Below are positions 35,640-48,119 of a stretch of DNA of 64,000 bases, piece by piece (position 1 is the stretch's first letter; each line of letters begins with the position of its first letter). Source of the stretch: Octopus sinensis (taxonomy: Eukaryota); contig NC_043021.1 in the NCBI RefSeq assembly GCF_006345805.1, positions 18,848,001 to 18,912,000 of the forward strand, written 5' to 3'. Under the pieces are notes generated by a model. The model did not search any database, was not told the DNA's origin, and saw only the letters and a list, made by a program, of their open reading frames with translations. The position numbers and the translations under genes are program-made.

Positions 35640-37714
35640 TTTAGGGTATGTGTTGTTTATGAAGAGTGTTCCAGTTGACCCATTCTATTGACTCATATGC
35701 TATTCTGTTGAATTGACAATGTTTTGTGCAAGATAGGGACTGTTCCTTGCAGAGATTTGTTTGGTAGGCAGTGTATAGTGTCATGTGTCCTGGTGCTGAT
35801 TCTAAATTTCTTTCCATAATTTTGTAAACTGTGCCTAATGCTCCAGTTACTACTAGTGCCATTTTCATGACTAATGCTCCAGTTACTAGCAGTACCATTA
35901 GAATTCCTAATACTCCAGTTACTAGCAGTACCATTAGAATTCCTAATGCTCCAGTTACCAGTGTTACCATTAAAATGCCTAATGATCCAGTTACTACCAG
36001 TGCCATTTTCATGACTAATGCTCCAGTTATTAGCAGTACCATTTTCATGACTAATGCTCCAGTTACTAGCAGTTCCATTTTTATGCCTAATGCTCCAGTT
36101 ACTAGTGTTACCATTAAAATGCCTAATGCTCCAGTAACTACTAGTACCATTTTCATGCCTAATGCTCCAGTTACTAGTGTTACCATTAAAATTCCTAATG
36201 CTCCAGTAACTACTAGTACCATTTTCATGCCTAATGCTCCAGTTACTAGTGTTACCATTAGAATTCCTAATGCTCCAGTTACTAGCAGTACCATTTTCAT
36301 GCCTAATGCTCCAGTTACTAGTGGTACCATTAAAATTCCTAATGCTCCAGTTACTAGCAGTACCATTAAAATTCCTAATGCTCCAGTTACTAGCAGTACC
36401 ATTAAAATTCCTAATGCTCCAGTAACTACTAGTACCATTTTCATGCCTAATGCTCCAGTTATAGCAGTACCATTAAAATTCCTAATGCTCCATTTACTAG
36501 CAGTACCATTAAATTCCTAATGCTCCAGTTACTAGCGGTACCATTAAAATTCCTAATGCTCCAGTTACTAGCAGTACCATTAAAATTCCTAATGCTCCAG
36601 TAACTACTAGTGCCATTTTCATGCCTAATGCTCCAGTTACTAGTGTTACCATTAAAATTCCTAATGCTCCAGTTACTAGCAGTACCATTAAAATTCCTAA
36701 TGCTCCAGTAACTACTAGTACCATTTTCATGCCTAATGCTCCAGTTACTAGTGTTACCATTAAAATTCCTAATGCTCCAGTAACTACTAGTACCATTTTC
36801 ATGACTAATGCTCCAGTTACTAGTGTTACCATTAAAATTCCTAATGCTCCAGTAACTACTAGTACCATTTTCATGCCTAATGCTCCAGTTACTAGTGTTA
36901 CCATTAGAATTCCTAATGCTCCAGTTACTAGCAGTACCATTTTCATGCCTAATGCTCCAGTTACTAGTGGTACCATTAAAATTCCTAATGCTCCAGTTAC
37001 TAGCAGTACCATTAGAATTCCTAATGCTCCAGTTACTAGCAGTACCATTAGAATTCCTAATACTCCAGTTACTACTAGTACCATTTTCATGACTAATGCT
37101 CCAGTTACTAGCAGTACCATTAAAATTCCTAATGCTCCAGTTACTAGCAGTACCATTAGAATTCCTAATGCTCCAGTTACTAGTAGTACCATTAAAATTC
37201 CTAATGCTCCAGTTACTACTAGTGCCATTTTCATGACTAATGCTCCAGTTACTAGCAGTACCATTAGAATTCCTAATGCTCCAGTTACTAGCAGTACCAT
37301 TAGAATTCCTAATACTCCAGTTTCTAGTAGTACCATTTTCATGACTAATGCTCCAGTTACTAGCAGTACCATTTTCATGACTAATGCTCCAGTTACTAGT
37401 GGTACCATTAGAATTCCTAATACTCCAGTTACTAGCAGTATCATTAAAATTCCTAATGCTCCAGTTACTAGTGGTACCATTAAAATGCCTAATGATCCAG
37501 TTACTACTAGTGCCATTTTCATGACTAATGCTCCAGTTACTAGCAGTACCATTAAAATTCCTAATGCTCCCATTACTAGTGGTGCCTGTTTCACTCTCAT
37601 ACCCTACATTTGAATATCTCAGTGTCAAGGGCCTTGTATTTTTATAATTTCTCTACTCCTTTTCAGGCAATATTTTCATTAGAAGAGATTGCAATGCCTA
37701 TCACTGTGCACATA
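35640..37714 (-). mobile_element. R4/Dong-clade C-terminal relic split by a minisatellite
   Basis: 5' flank CTVIGIAISSNENIA*KGVEKL*KYKALDTEIF/KM*GMRVKQAPLVMGALG; 3' flank GTVYKIMERNLESAPGHM.../SLQGTVPILHKTLSIQ. Confidence 0.8.
35831..37574. repeat. 36-bp minisatellite, about 48 units
   Basis: CCTAATGCTCCAGTTACTAGCAGTACCATTAAAATT with alternating variants (TTCATG, AGAATT). Confidence 0.95.
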
Positions 37715-37995
37715 TTTGTTATTGTTATTGTTGTTGTTATTATTTTAGGTGGAAAACTAGCAGAATCGTTAACATGCCAGACAAAATGCTTAGTGGCATT
37801 TTGTCCTTCTCTGTGTTCCGAGTTCAAATCTCACTGAAGTCAACTTTGCCTTTCATTCCTTCAAGGTCAATAAAATAAGTACCAGCAGAGTACTGGTGTC
37901 AATGTATTCAATTTATCCCCTCCCCTGAAATTGCTGGCCTTGTGCCAAAATTGAAAATCATTATTACTATTGTTGTTGTTATTATTATTATTATT

Positions 37996-38730
37996 TTATG
38001 TTTGACTTTTGCTTTGCATTTGTACAAATTGGCTCCAAGTCTCACCCAGAGACCTCAAGAGACAACAAGTTGGAAGCTTGTTGGTGTTATGCCTAGGGTG
38101 CCATATATTTGGTTTTGTACATAGTGTTGTTCTAGAGAATGTTTAAGAAACCATAAGAAAATTATGAGTTTGTTTTAAAATTTCAGATTACACAGACAGT
38201 ATTTTACGTAGGATATGGGCAATTCCCATGAGCACTATATTTTGAATTTCTGCCATTTTGGGGCTTCCTGGTATCTGAGCTAGGTAGCAATCAGCCCCTT
38301 TGCTATCATTCCTAGGGTACCTATGACAACAGGTATAGGTTTAATCTTCAGGTTCCACATTTTGCTAATTTCTGTTTCAAGATCTTTATACTTGCTCAGT
38401 TTTTGGTAGGTCTTGACAGATACATTTATATCGATTCAGACAGTGATATCAATGAGGAGGCATGATTTTTGTCTGAAGTCTTTCAGTATAATGTCTGGCC
38501 TATTTACATCTGTCATTCTGTCAGTTTGAACGGTGAAGTTCCAGAGGAGTGAGATGCGATCATTTTCAAGCATTGGAGGTGGTTTGTGTTCCCACCAATT
38601 TCTATCAAGGGGCAAGTCCAGGAGTTTTGCAAGTTACCCAGTGAATATATTATGCAGCTCTATCATGCTTGTTGAGATACTCTGTAGGCGCAAGAAGACT
38701 GCACTTGAAGACAACATGATCAATGGTTTC
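37996..38730 (-). mobile_element. 5'-truncated R4/Dong element (end of CCHC knuckle, PD-D endonuclease, 3' UTR), bounded by (TAA)n
   Basis: ETIDHVVFKCSLLAPTEYLNKHD...WWEHKP...LLWNFTVQTDR...NRPDIILKD...CLLIDIT...KYKDLETEISKMWNLKIKPIPVVIGTLG...MGIAHILRKILSV* (stop at 38188-38190). Confidence 0.9.
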
Positions 38731-38747
38731 ATTATTATTATTATTAT

Positions 38748-39310
38748 ATATTGTGTGAGAGAGCAGTGCATGCCATCAAAGTGACACTGGGGTAAAATAT
38801 ACGAAGCCCAGTATACTCATCATGACTACCCGTCTGATAAGGATACACCAGGCACATGCATCACAACCATATGTGTGCGACATGGTGATCTCATATCAAG
38901 ATAAACAGCACATGACCTTGCAGATGGGGCCCAGTTAGAATTTTCTTCTGGTTGAGTAGCCCATCTCGCTCAAAAGGTCCCTGAATAAGGATTGTGTAAG
39001 GATGTTGAACGAACCACCCCTGTTTCCAAAGGTGAATTATCCAAACTCCGAAGAATCCCTCTCAACACATGGCTATGATGCTTCCCCACTACTTCTGCTT
39101 GTGATCAGAGATGCACATATTGTCAGCCACTAAGGGACATGCTCAACTGGTTATGGTGAAACAACTGACAAGCAAATCTGTGGAATTGAGCAGAATATTT
39201 GCTGTAGCCCATCTTTTATACCAAGACAAAACAATGTACATGATAACACTTCCAATCAGTTAAGATCAGAAGCCATGAGAGCCACTGCCTGGTACTGCAT
39301 CAGGGCATTT
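38748..39310. mobile_element. ~560-bp non-coding interspersed element between (ATT)n tracts
   Basis: Sharp (ATT)n boundaries on both sides; no ORF in the track; sequence recalled as an octopus interspersed repeat (not verified). Confidence 0.55.
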
Positions 39311-39337
39311 ATTATTATTATTATTATGATTATTATT

Positions 39338-39548
39338 CAGTAGTTTTATTTTTATAGCGTGCTTTCACTTCACTACCGAGCGCAGCTCTGTGTGCCTTGG
39401 GAATGTGCTGTGATTTATTGTGAAGCTCTGATGGTTATTGTACGGAAAGTGTTCTGCGTAGGATGTGTGCAGTGCCTAGTAGTGCAATTTTGTAAGTCCT
39501 GGTGTTTTTGTTATGTATTTGTCTGAATATTTTTTTATCATGCCTAAT
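39338..39548 (-). mobile_element. R4/Dong extreme 3' fragment with 3' UTR, bounded by (TAA)n
   Basis: LGMIKKYSDKYITKTPGLT/KIALLGTAHILRRTLSVQ* (stop at 39435-39437). Confidence 0.85.
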
Positions 39549-39634
39549 TATTATTATTATTATTATTAAATACCTGTGTTTCTTTGACTTCTGAAAAGCC
39601 TAACATGGTTGTTTTTGTATTGTTTCATTGACAG

Positions 39635-39701
39635 CTGTGTCTGGAGCCTAGCGGAAGTTTACATGTTAATGTGGAATTGCTGAATGGATCATTCTCAGAC
39701 G
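39635..39701 (+). CDS. Internal coding exon (67 nt), LCLEPSGSLHVNVELLNGSFSD+1 nt; resembles the end of the C2 domain of novel protein kinase C (epsilon/eta type)
   Basis: Branch-point-like CCTAAC at 39599-39604, pyrimidine-rich tract and ACAG acceptor ending at 39634, GTAAGT donor from 39702. Open in phase 0 to phase 1. Peptide resembles recalled PKC-eta VDLEPEGKVFVVITLTGSFTE; recalled PRKCE/PRKCH exon 2 is 64 nt with the same phases. No flanking exons found in the window. Confidence 0.6.
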
Positions 39702-39959
39702 GTAAGTACCTCTTGTTAGTTACACTTGTCATTTGTCTTGACCATTATCCATTCCCTCTGACACTATTGTTTGGTCGCCATTCTTTGAGGCGGTGCGGGG
39801 ACAGGGGATCACCATCAAGGAGTTTGGATTTTGTGTGTGTGTATGTGTGTGAGGGTGGGTTGGTGCAGTGTTTCTTCGCATGAAGAAACAATCATGGGTT
39901 TCGAATAAGGTTAGCAGATGCATTCATTCATTCATTCATTCTTTGCTTAGTTTATTTGG

Positions 39960-40270
39960 CCCATCATCATCATCGTCATCATAACCATCATCATCATAAC
40001 CATCATCATCATAACTATCATCATCATAACCGTCAGCATCATAACCATCATCATCATAACCATCATCATCATCATAACCATCATCATAATCATCATCATT
40101 GTGATCTTCATCATTATCATCATCTTCATCACCATCACTGTCGTTGTCATCATCATCATCATTATTGCCATTACCGCCATCATCGTCCTCCTCCTCATTA
40201 TCGTCCTTATCATCATCATCGTCCTCCTCGTCCTCCTCCCCTCCTCCTCCTCCTCATTCTCATCATCATC
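39960..40270. repeat. Cryptic (CAT)n/(CCT)n simple repeat
   Basis: Direct inspection; similar tract at 54815-55355. Confidence 0.9.
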
Positions 40271-40813
40271 ACACATACACATATACACACTAAATTAGTT
40301 GGCATTAGGAAGGGCGTCCAGCTGTAGAAACCATGCTAAAGCTGGCACTGGAGCGTGATGCAGCTCTGTGCCTCACTGGGTCCTCTTGAATGGTCCAGCC
40401 ACTCGCAGCATGCAAAATGTATGTTAATGTATGTTAATGATGATGATGAGAATGATATACAAACCACATAGTTCCGGTTCAGTCCCACTGCACGGCACCT
40501 TTGGCAAGTGTCTTCTACTATAGCCTTGAGCCGACCAAAGGCTTGTGATTGGATTTAGAAGACGGAAACTGAAAGTAGCCCATCGTGTGTATATATATAT
40601 ATGTGTGTGTGTTTGTCCCCTCACCGTCAGCTGATAACCAATATTGGTGTGTTTACATCTCTGTAACTTAGCAGTTCGGCAAAAGATACCGATAGAATGA
40701 GTACTAGGCTTACAAAGAATAAGCCCTGGGGGGTCGATTTGTTCAACTAAAAGCAGTGCTCCAGCATGGCTTTAGTGAAATGACTGACACAAGTAAAAAG
40801 ATAAAAGATCATG

Positions 40814-40849
<36 letters not shown>

Positions 40850-41576
40850 CACACACATATTGTGCTATTGTTGTTGTTTAACTTCAGGTTTCCTTATTGA
40901 GAAGGTGATAACCTATCATCAAAGTTTAACCACCCATGACAATCACATCTATTTTGCAGGTTATATAGCAGCGCTATGTTATCTATTTTTAAATCTGGTT
41001 GAGCGTGATTTGCAAGAAATTTGGTTTCTATTTCCAGCTGGTTGAGCAACCACATAGAGGCTCTCTCATTGGCTTGCTAACAGGATGTTGGGTTGTGGAG
41101 ATGTAGATGATAAATGATGAATATAGGCCAGTGAAAATTAACAGGGAGAAGGGGTAGTTCTGAGTGGGGTGTGGTTGCTTTTGTTAATTTAGTGCAATGC
41201 AGAACCGGACCAATTATGACAGAGTTGGGACTGGAAGTGTCCCGGATTTCTGGATTTTCTGGTTTTCTGGAGACAGTTCTAAATATGTACTTAAAATAAA
41301 CTATGGAAAGAAAAGAGCTAAATTGTGATTTAACAGATTCGAAATTAGTACAATGTCTAAATCAGGGTCTGTTTGATATTTATCAATCCACTTAAAATGC
41401 TTGAAATACATCATAGGTGTAGGAGGATGGCTGTGTGGTAAGAAGTTTGTATCTCTACCACATGGTTCCGGGTTCCGTCCTACTGCATGACACTTTGGGC
41501 AAGTGTCTTCTGCTATAGCCTCAGGCCGACCAAAGCCTTGTAAGTGGATTTGGCAGAAAGAAACTGAAAGAAGCCC

Positions 41577-41626
<50 letters not shown>

Positions 41627-41678
41627 CCATTCTTGTTGCTTTTTTCCTATATATATATATATATAATAATTATTATTT

Positions 41679-41931
41679 GAGGGAATATTATTCCTAACTT
41701 ACAGGGAAAAATTCAATTTAGAAATACTAAACCAAATTTCACAAAATATAATATATATATATAAAAATAAGAAAAAAACCCCACTTTTTATCAATTCAAA
41801 ATGAACAATTAAATTACACCATCTAGAAAATTACATATAATAGAAATATTAAAATTAAAATAACAATAATATACCGATGATTAGGTAAATTGCAAAATAA
41901 TAATAAAAACGTATATATTTGGTAGAATAAC

Positions 41932-41984
<53 letters not shown>

Positions 41985-42269
41985 TATATATATATAATTA
42001 AGAGAAATAACCGCTATTAAGTAATTCAATAGTGAAAGACTTTATATCATATAGAAAAATTTAAATATACTATAATAAATATTATTCAAAAAGTCACTAA
42101 ATTAAATAAACATTAAATTGACTACGCGCGTTTCGTGACTATATCTTTAAAGTCTTTCACTATTGGATTACTTAATAGAGGTTATTTCTCTTAATATATT
42201 ATATATTGTGAAATTTGGTTTGGAATTGCTAAATTGAATTTTTCCCTGTAAGTTTGGAATTATATTCTC
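41679..42269. mobile_element. AT-rich fold-back element, probably Penelope-derived
   Basis: 42147-42269 is the reverse complement of 41679-41755 joined to 41996-42045; half-hammerhead at 42115-42144; same family at 29846-29974. Confidence 0.65.
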
Positions 42270-43677
42270 TACTATTATTATATATGTGTGTGTGTCTGTG
42301 TTTGTCTCCCACTACCGCTTGATAACTGGTGTTGGTGTGTTTACCGCCCCCGTAACGTAGCAGTTCAGCAAAAGAGACCAATAGAATAAATACATGGCTA
42401 CAAAAAATATGTCCTGGGGTTTATTTGTTCAGCTAAAAGCCTTCAAGGTGGTGCCCCAGCATGGTCGCAGTCAAATCACTGAAACAAGTAAAATATATAA
42501 AATACTGAATGTACCACGTATAATGTTTTTAATGAAATGAAACGAAAGAAAGTGAAGAACACGGTTTTATTTAGCAGATTCAGGTACAAATTTATACAAT
42601 TCTAAAGCAAATTATGTTTAACCCTGTAACATTTAACCCTTTCATTACTGTATTTCTGTTGAGATGCTCTGTGTTTCTTTCAATTATTTTAAATATAACA
42701 AAGAATTTAGTAAAATGACTTAGTTATTATTCAGCTAGTGTTAGGAGCATAAATTGTGACTAAGATTTGGTGGAAGATTTTAATTCAAAACTTTTGAAAA
42801 TAAAACATTTGTACTCAGAGCCAGAGCTGGTTTCAGCCAGGTTGGTATTGAAAGGGTTAAGAATTGCTTCTCTATTATATATTTTAACCCTTTTCGTGCC
42901 ATATTTCTGTTGAGATGCTCTGTGTTTCTTTCAATTACTTTAAATATAACAAAGAATTTAGTAAAATAACTGAGTTATCATTAAGCTAGTGTTAGCAACA
43001 TAAATTGTGACTAGGGTTTGGTGGAAGATTTTAATTCAAAACTCATGAAATCAAGACATTTGTACTCAGAGCCAGAGCTGGTTTCAGCATGGTTGGTCAC
43101 GAAAGGGTTAAATTAATCATTTGTTAACCCCTTTGTTACCATATTTCTGTTGAGATGCTCTCTGTTTCCTTCAATTACTTTAAACATAACAAAGAATTTA
43201 GTAAAATAACTTAGTTATCATTCAGCTAGTGTTAGGAACATAAATTGTGACTAAGGTTTGGTGGAAGATTGTAATTCAAAATTTATGAAACAAGACATTT
43301 GTACTCAGAGCCAGAGCCGGTTTCAGCTGGGTTGGTATCAAAAGGGTTCAACTGATTAAATGTGGCCAAAATATTCTATGTGTTTTACGTTCAAACTAAC
43401 CTGATTCAACTTTAACTTTTCCAACGCATTGTCATTCTAAGAATAAAACTGTCACATCATCAAAATCTCAAAGCAATGAAATAATACATGATTAATACTG
43501 AACAATGTGAAGAAATAAGCGATACATTTGGGAGAGAAATACAAATGCTAAAAGGTTATCTTTATCAGTTCGCTCAGAAAAGTGAAGACTAAAAAGATTA
43601 CTGATGAGGTCACAGAATGTGTGATGAAAGACTTTTGACAAAGACACTAACATAATAATAATAATAATAATAATAAT

Positions 43678-43995
43678 AAGAGCACACAGAGAGTGCAAGC
43701 CTCCACCAAAGCAACACTGTCCTCTCAATGATTAACCGGAGATGATTTTTAGAATATCTGAAATAAACTCGATCATTCTCAGAAATTAAGTGAAAGAACC
43801 GGAAAGATAATCCAGAATCTTTGTCTAGTACCCGATTGATCCCCAGATCTAATCAGTCCATGCCAGTCATGAGGCCAAAGATCCTTAAAAGTTTCATCCG
43901 AATCCATCTGGCGATTCTTGAGATATCTTGTCCACGGACAAACAAACAAACACAACTGAAAACAATACCTCCACCTTTGCTAAGGTGGATGTAAT
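43678..43995 (-). mobile_element. Helentron-associated (HINE/DINE-1-like) non-autonomous element
   Basis: Palindromic sub-TIR ACCTCCACCTT-tgct-AAGGTGGATGT (43967-43992), (AAAC)n microsatellite, second sub-TIR CCTCCACC near 43700, short stem-loop GCAC...GTGC, T-rich ends. Confidence 0.6.
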
Positions 43996-44397
43996 AATTA
44001 TGATAAAGCTGAAGTGAGGACCAAGTATATAGTGTGTATATGTGTGTGTTTAATTGGCAAAATATTCCCAAGTATAACAATATCTGTTTCAACATATGCT
44101 TTCACACCAGGAACATTGCAAAACAAATACATAAATGTAATATTTTCAACATATCCTATGCAAATTAAAGGGTAAAGGGTAAAATCTCCTTCAGGAGTAT
44201 TTCCATATGATGTGACTGACAGTTGTCCCTAGCATTAAATGTAATATCACTATTGTAAACATATCAAACACTATTATGATTGGTCTTTATCTTTGGTACG
44301 TGTTAGAAAGCTTCGACAAAAGATGTAACTGCCATCATACCATTCCAGAAATATTAACACACAAAACTCAGAATAAATAGGTTACATCGCATTCTTA

Positions 44398-44451
<54 letters not shown>

Positions 44452-44674
44452 CATACATACACACAAGAATGGAATGTAACCTATTTAACTGGAGGGGTAA
44501 ACGTGGCTATGTGGTAAGTAGCTTGCTTACCAACCACATGGTCCTGGGTTCAGTCCCACTGCATGACACCTTGGGCAAGTGTCTTCTACTATAGACTTGG
44601 GCCAACCAAAGCCTTGTGAGTGGATTTGGGAGATGGAAACTGAATGAAGCCCATCATATATATGTGTGTATATG

Positions 44675-44709
<35 letters not shown>

Positions 44710-44915
44710 TTGTCTCTCCTCCATTGCTTAACAACTGATGTTTGTGTGTTTATATCCCCGTAACTTAGCAGTTTGGCAAAAGACACTGAGAAAATAAGTA
44801 CTAGGCTTACAAAGACCAAGTCCTGGGGTTGATTTGTTTGACTAAAGGTGGTGCTCCAGCATGGCCGCAGTCAAAATGGCTGAAACAAATAAAAGAATAA
44901 AAAGGATGTATATGT

Positions 44916-44985
<70 letters not shown>

Positions 44986-46755
44986 CTGGATGGGAGGCTG
45001 GTATGCATGAGTGACTATGAGATTTCACCTAGAAAGTTACCCTCCAAGGCACAACCCTGGGCAAGGTTGTTTTTATGGAAGACCAGCAATCACTCATGCA
45101 TACCAGCCTCCCATCTACGCCACCGATGTTATCCAAAGGAAAGGCTAAGGCACCAGTGATGTCGCAACTCATTTCTACAGATGAGTGAACTAAAGCAACA
45201 TGAAATAAAGTGTCTTGCTCAAGAACACAACACAGCCCAGTCCAGGAATCAAACTCACTACCTCATGATTGCGAGCCCGATGCTCTAACCACTCAGCCAT
45301 GCACTTTCACAAATTAACAAACTTCAAAAACAGGGACTGTTTACTCAATGCAGGGTCCAGTATATTGCCCTATATTGCACAGTATTCCTGGATGTCTGGA
45401 AATTAAGGGTTTCTGGAAGCCAGAAGAGATGTCTGGTTTTGTACCAGATGCTACACTTGGTTCTTCAAGACTCTTTGGTTCTGATGACCATTCCACTTTT
45501 GTCTTTATCTTCTTTTACCTTTTAGTAGCTTGCTTACCAACCACATGGTCCTGGGTTCAGTCCCACTGCATGACACCTTGGGCAAGTGTCTTTGTGAGTG
45601 AATTTGGTAGATGGAAACTGAACAAAACCCATCATATGTGTGTGTGTGTGTGCGTGCGCACGCATGCATGCATGTGTGTGTGTCTTTGTTTTTGTTGCTC
45701 CCATTGGCAGCCGTACTGTCACCAGACTGGCCATGCTGGGGCAACACCTTGAGGAATTTTAGTCAAATAAATCAATCTCAGCACTCATCTTTTCTTTTAA
45801 ACCTGGTGCTTATTCCATTAGTCTCTTTTGCTGAACCACTAAGTTATGGAGATGTAAACACACCAGCACCATTTGTCAAGCAGTAGTGATCATCATCATC
45901 ATCCTCATCATTTAATGTCCATTTTCCATGCTGGTATGGGTTGGATGGTTTGACTGAAGACTGGCAAGCCACTAGGCTGCACTAGGCTCCAGTCTGATCT
46001 GGCAAAGTTTCTACAGTTGGATGCCTTTCCTAATGCCAACACTCTGAGAGTGTAGTGGGTGCTTTTTACGTGCCACCGGCATGGGAGCCAGTCAGGTGGC
46101 ACTGGCATTGACCATGTGTGGATGGTGCTTTTTATGTGCCACTGGCACAGGAGCCAGTCGGATGTTGGGACTAGCATCGACCACGTTTGGATGATGCTTT
46201 TTATGTTCAACCGGCACGGGGAGCCAGTCAGGCAGAACTGGCATTGACCCATGCATGAATGGTGCTTATTATGTGCCACCAATGCAGGTGCCAGTCAGGC
46301 AACAGTACGGGTGCCAGTGGGGGCAACAAAAACAAAGACACACACACACACATTCAGATACATGTGTGATTGTCTACTAGATCCACTCACAAAGCTTTGG
46401 TTGGCTCAAGGCTATAGTAAAAAGCACTTGCCCAAGGTGTCATGCAGTGGGGTTGGAACCATGTGGTTGGGAAGCAAACTTCTTACCAAACATCCACACC
46501 TGCACCACTGTTTACCATTTCAATATCAAACACTTTGTGATTCAGTTTTTAGACCCTCATTTAAAAAAAAATATTCATTTTCAAAATTAAAAGTCTGTCC
46601 TTCAAATTCTTCATTATTTTGAAAAATAGTCATTCTTTTTATATAGGCGGGGTCTAGGGCCTCTTTTAGTCATGCCTGTCTTTGGGTTTCTAGCCTTGGA
46701 AAGTTCAGCTGCAGGCCATGGCAAAGTTTTGTTTTTATGGTAAACTAGCAGCTGT

Positions 46756-46989
46756 AAAGGCGGCAAGCTGGCAGAACCGTTAGCACGCCGGGTGAAATGC
46801 GTAGCCGTATTTCGTATGCCGTTACGTTCTGGGTTCAAATTCCGCCGAGGTCGACTTTGCCTTTCATCCTTTCAGAGTCGATAAATTAAGTGCCAGTTAC
46901 GCACTGGGGTCGATGTAATCGACTTAATACCTATGTCTGTTCTTGTTTGTCCCTTCTATGTTTAGCCCCTTGTGGGTAATAGAGAAATA
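46756..46989 (+). mobile_element. SINE family C with 17-bp target-site duplication
   Basis: GGTAAACTAGCAGCTGT at 46739-46755 and 46990-47006. Confidence 0.92.
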
Positions 46990-47721
46990 GGTAAACTAGC
47001 AGCTGTCCAAATATCCAAATTTTCCCTCTCCACCCTATCAATACTCTCACAATCACCCCCACTCCATTCTCCACCCTATCAGTGCTCTCCCAATCATCCT
47101 TCATCCCCTCTCTACCCTTAGTGCTCTCCCAATCACCCCTCTTTCCTTCTCCCCACCATCATTGCTCTCCTGGTCACCCTTCCTCTCCTTGCCAAACCAT
47201 CAATTTTGCCCCAGTCACCCACCAGAATACAATGAAATGCAACAATTCCTGCAACCCACCCTTTCCAACACTAATAATAGTAATCCAATGTTTTGAATTG
47301 CTTCTTTGTTAATCAACCCCAGAAGGATGAAAGGAAAAATCTACTTTGGCCTGGTTTGAACTCAGAATACCAAGTTTTGGAACAAACACTGTTAACCATT
47401 CTATGTTGTTCTCTTGAAACTATTTATTAATTTACCATCCCTGTTCTTCCATATGTTCCTAACACTAGCTTAATGATAACTAAGTTATTTTACTAAATTC
47501 TTTGTTATATTTAAAGTAATTGAAAGAAACAGAGAGCATCTCAAAATAAATATGGCAACGAAACGGTTAAACACTGTCTTTTTCCAATTAATTTTGCAAA
47601 TAAAGAATTTAGTAAAATAACTTTGTCATGCTGTCAGGCACTTTGCTGAAGTCCATGAAGGTTATAATGGCAGGTGGCTGTCTTAAATCCTTTTATGGTC
47701 TAAATTCATTTTGATTTGGTC

Positions 47722-48055
47722 TCAGATGGCTAAATGGATGCTACACAAGGATGCTACGAATGGTCCTAAATGTGAAATGGCAGCAACGTATGACAAATAG
47801 ATGCCTTTATGGAGACCAGCTGAAAGTTAGTGAGAAGATTGAGCAAAGACGGCTGTGACTATCTGGTCACTGCGTGCGCCACCCTGAACCGGAAGCATTC
47901 AAATTAGTTTTGTAGAACCCACTTCATAGTAATGTAGGAAGAGGAAAACATTGTCACACATCGACAAGTTGATTGCAGACACTAGCCTGGAACATATCCA
48001 GTACCTTGAGGCAGTGATGATGGACCAAGAAGTGTGGCGGGTAGACTTGGTTGCT
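47722..48055 (+). mobile_element. Degenerate RTE-clade LINE 3' fragment
   Basis: GCYTRMLRMVLNVKWQQRMTNRCLYGDQLKVSEKIEQRRL*LSGHCVRHPEP...MMDQEVWR. Confidence 0.75.
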
Positions 48056-48119
48056 ACAGCCCAGGTTGGAACCAAGCCATAATAATGATAATAATAAAAC
48101 TTCATCTTTATAAATTTGG

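Noticed and set aside
35831-37574. 36-bp repeats as a CRISPR array
   Set aside because: Units are contiguous with no unique spacers, no cas genes are present and the context is eukaryotic.
35831-37613. Mucin-like or glycoprotein ORFs (229, 330, 363 and 389 aa) as a host gene exon
   Set aside because: A 36-bp stop-free unit is open by construction, the flanks are R4/Dong relic sequence, and no convincing splice sites or start context were found.
43601-43640. Hammerhead-like CTGATGAG-GTCACA...TGTGAT-GAAA
   Set aside because: Stem II is off register by one base and no stem I or stem III partner could be found.
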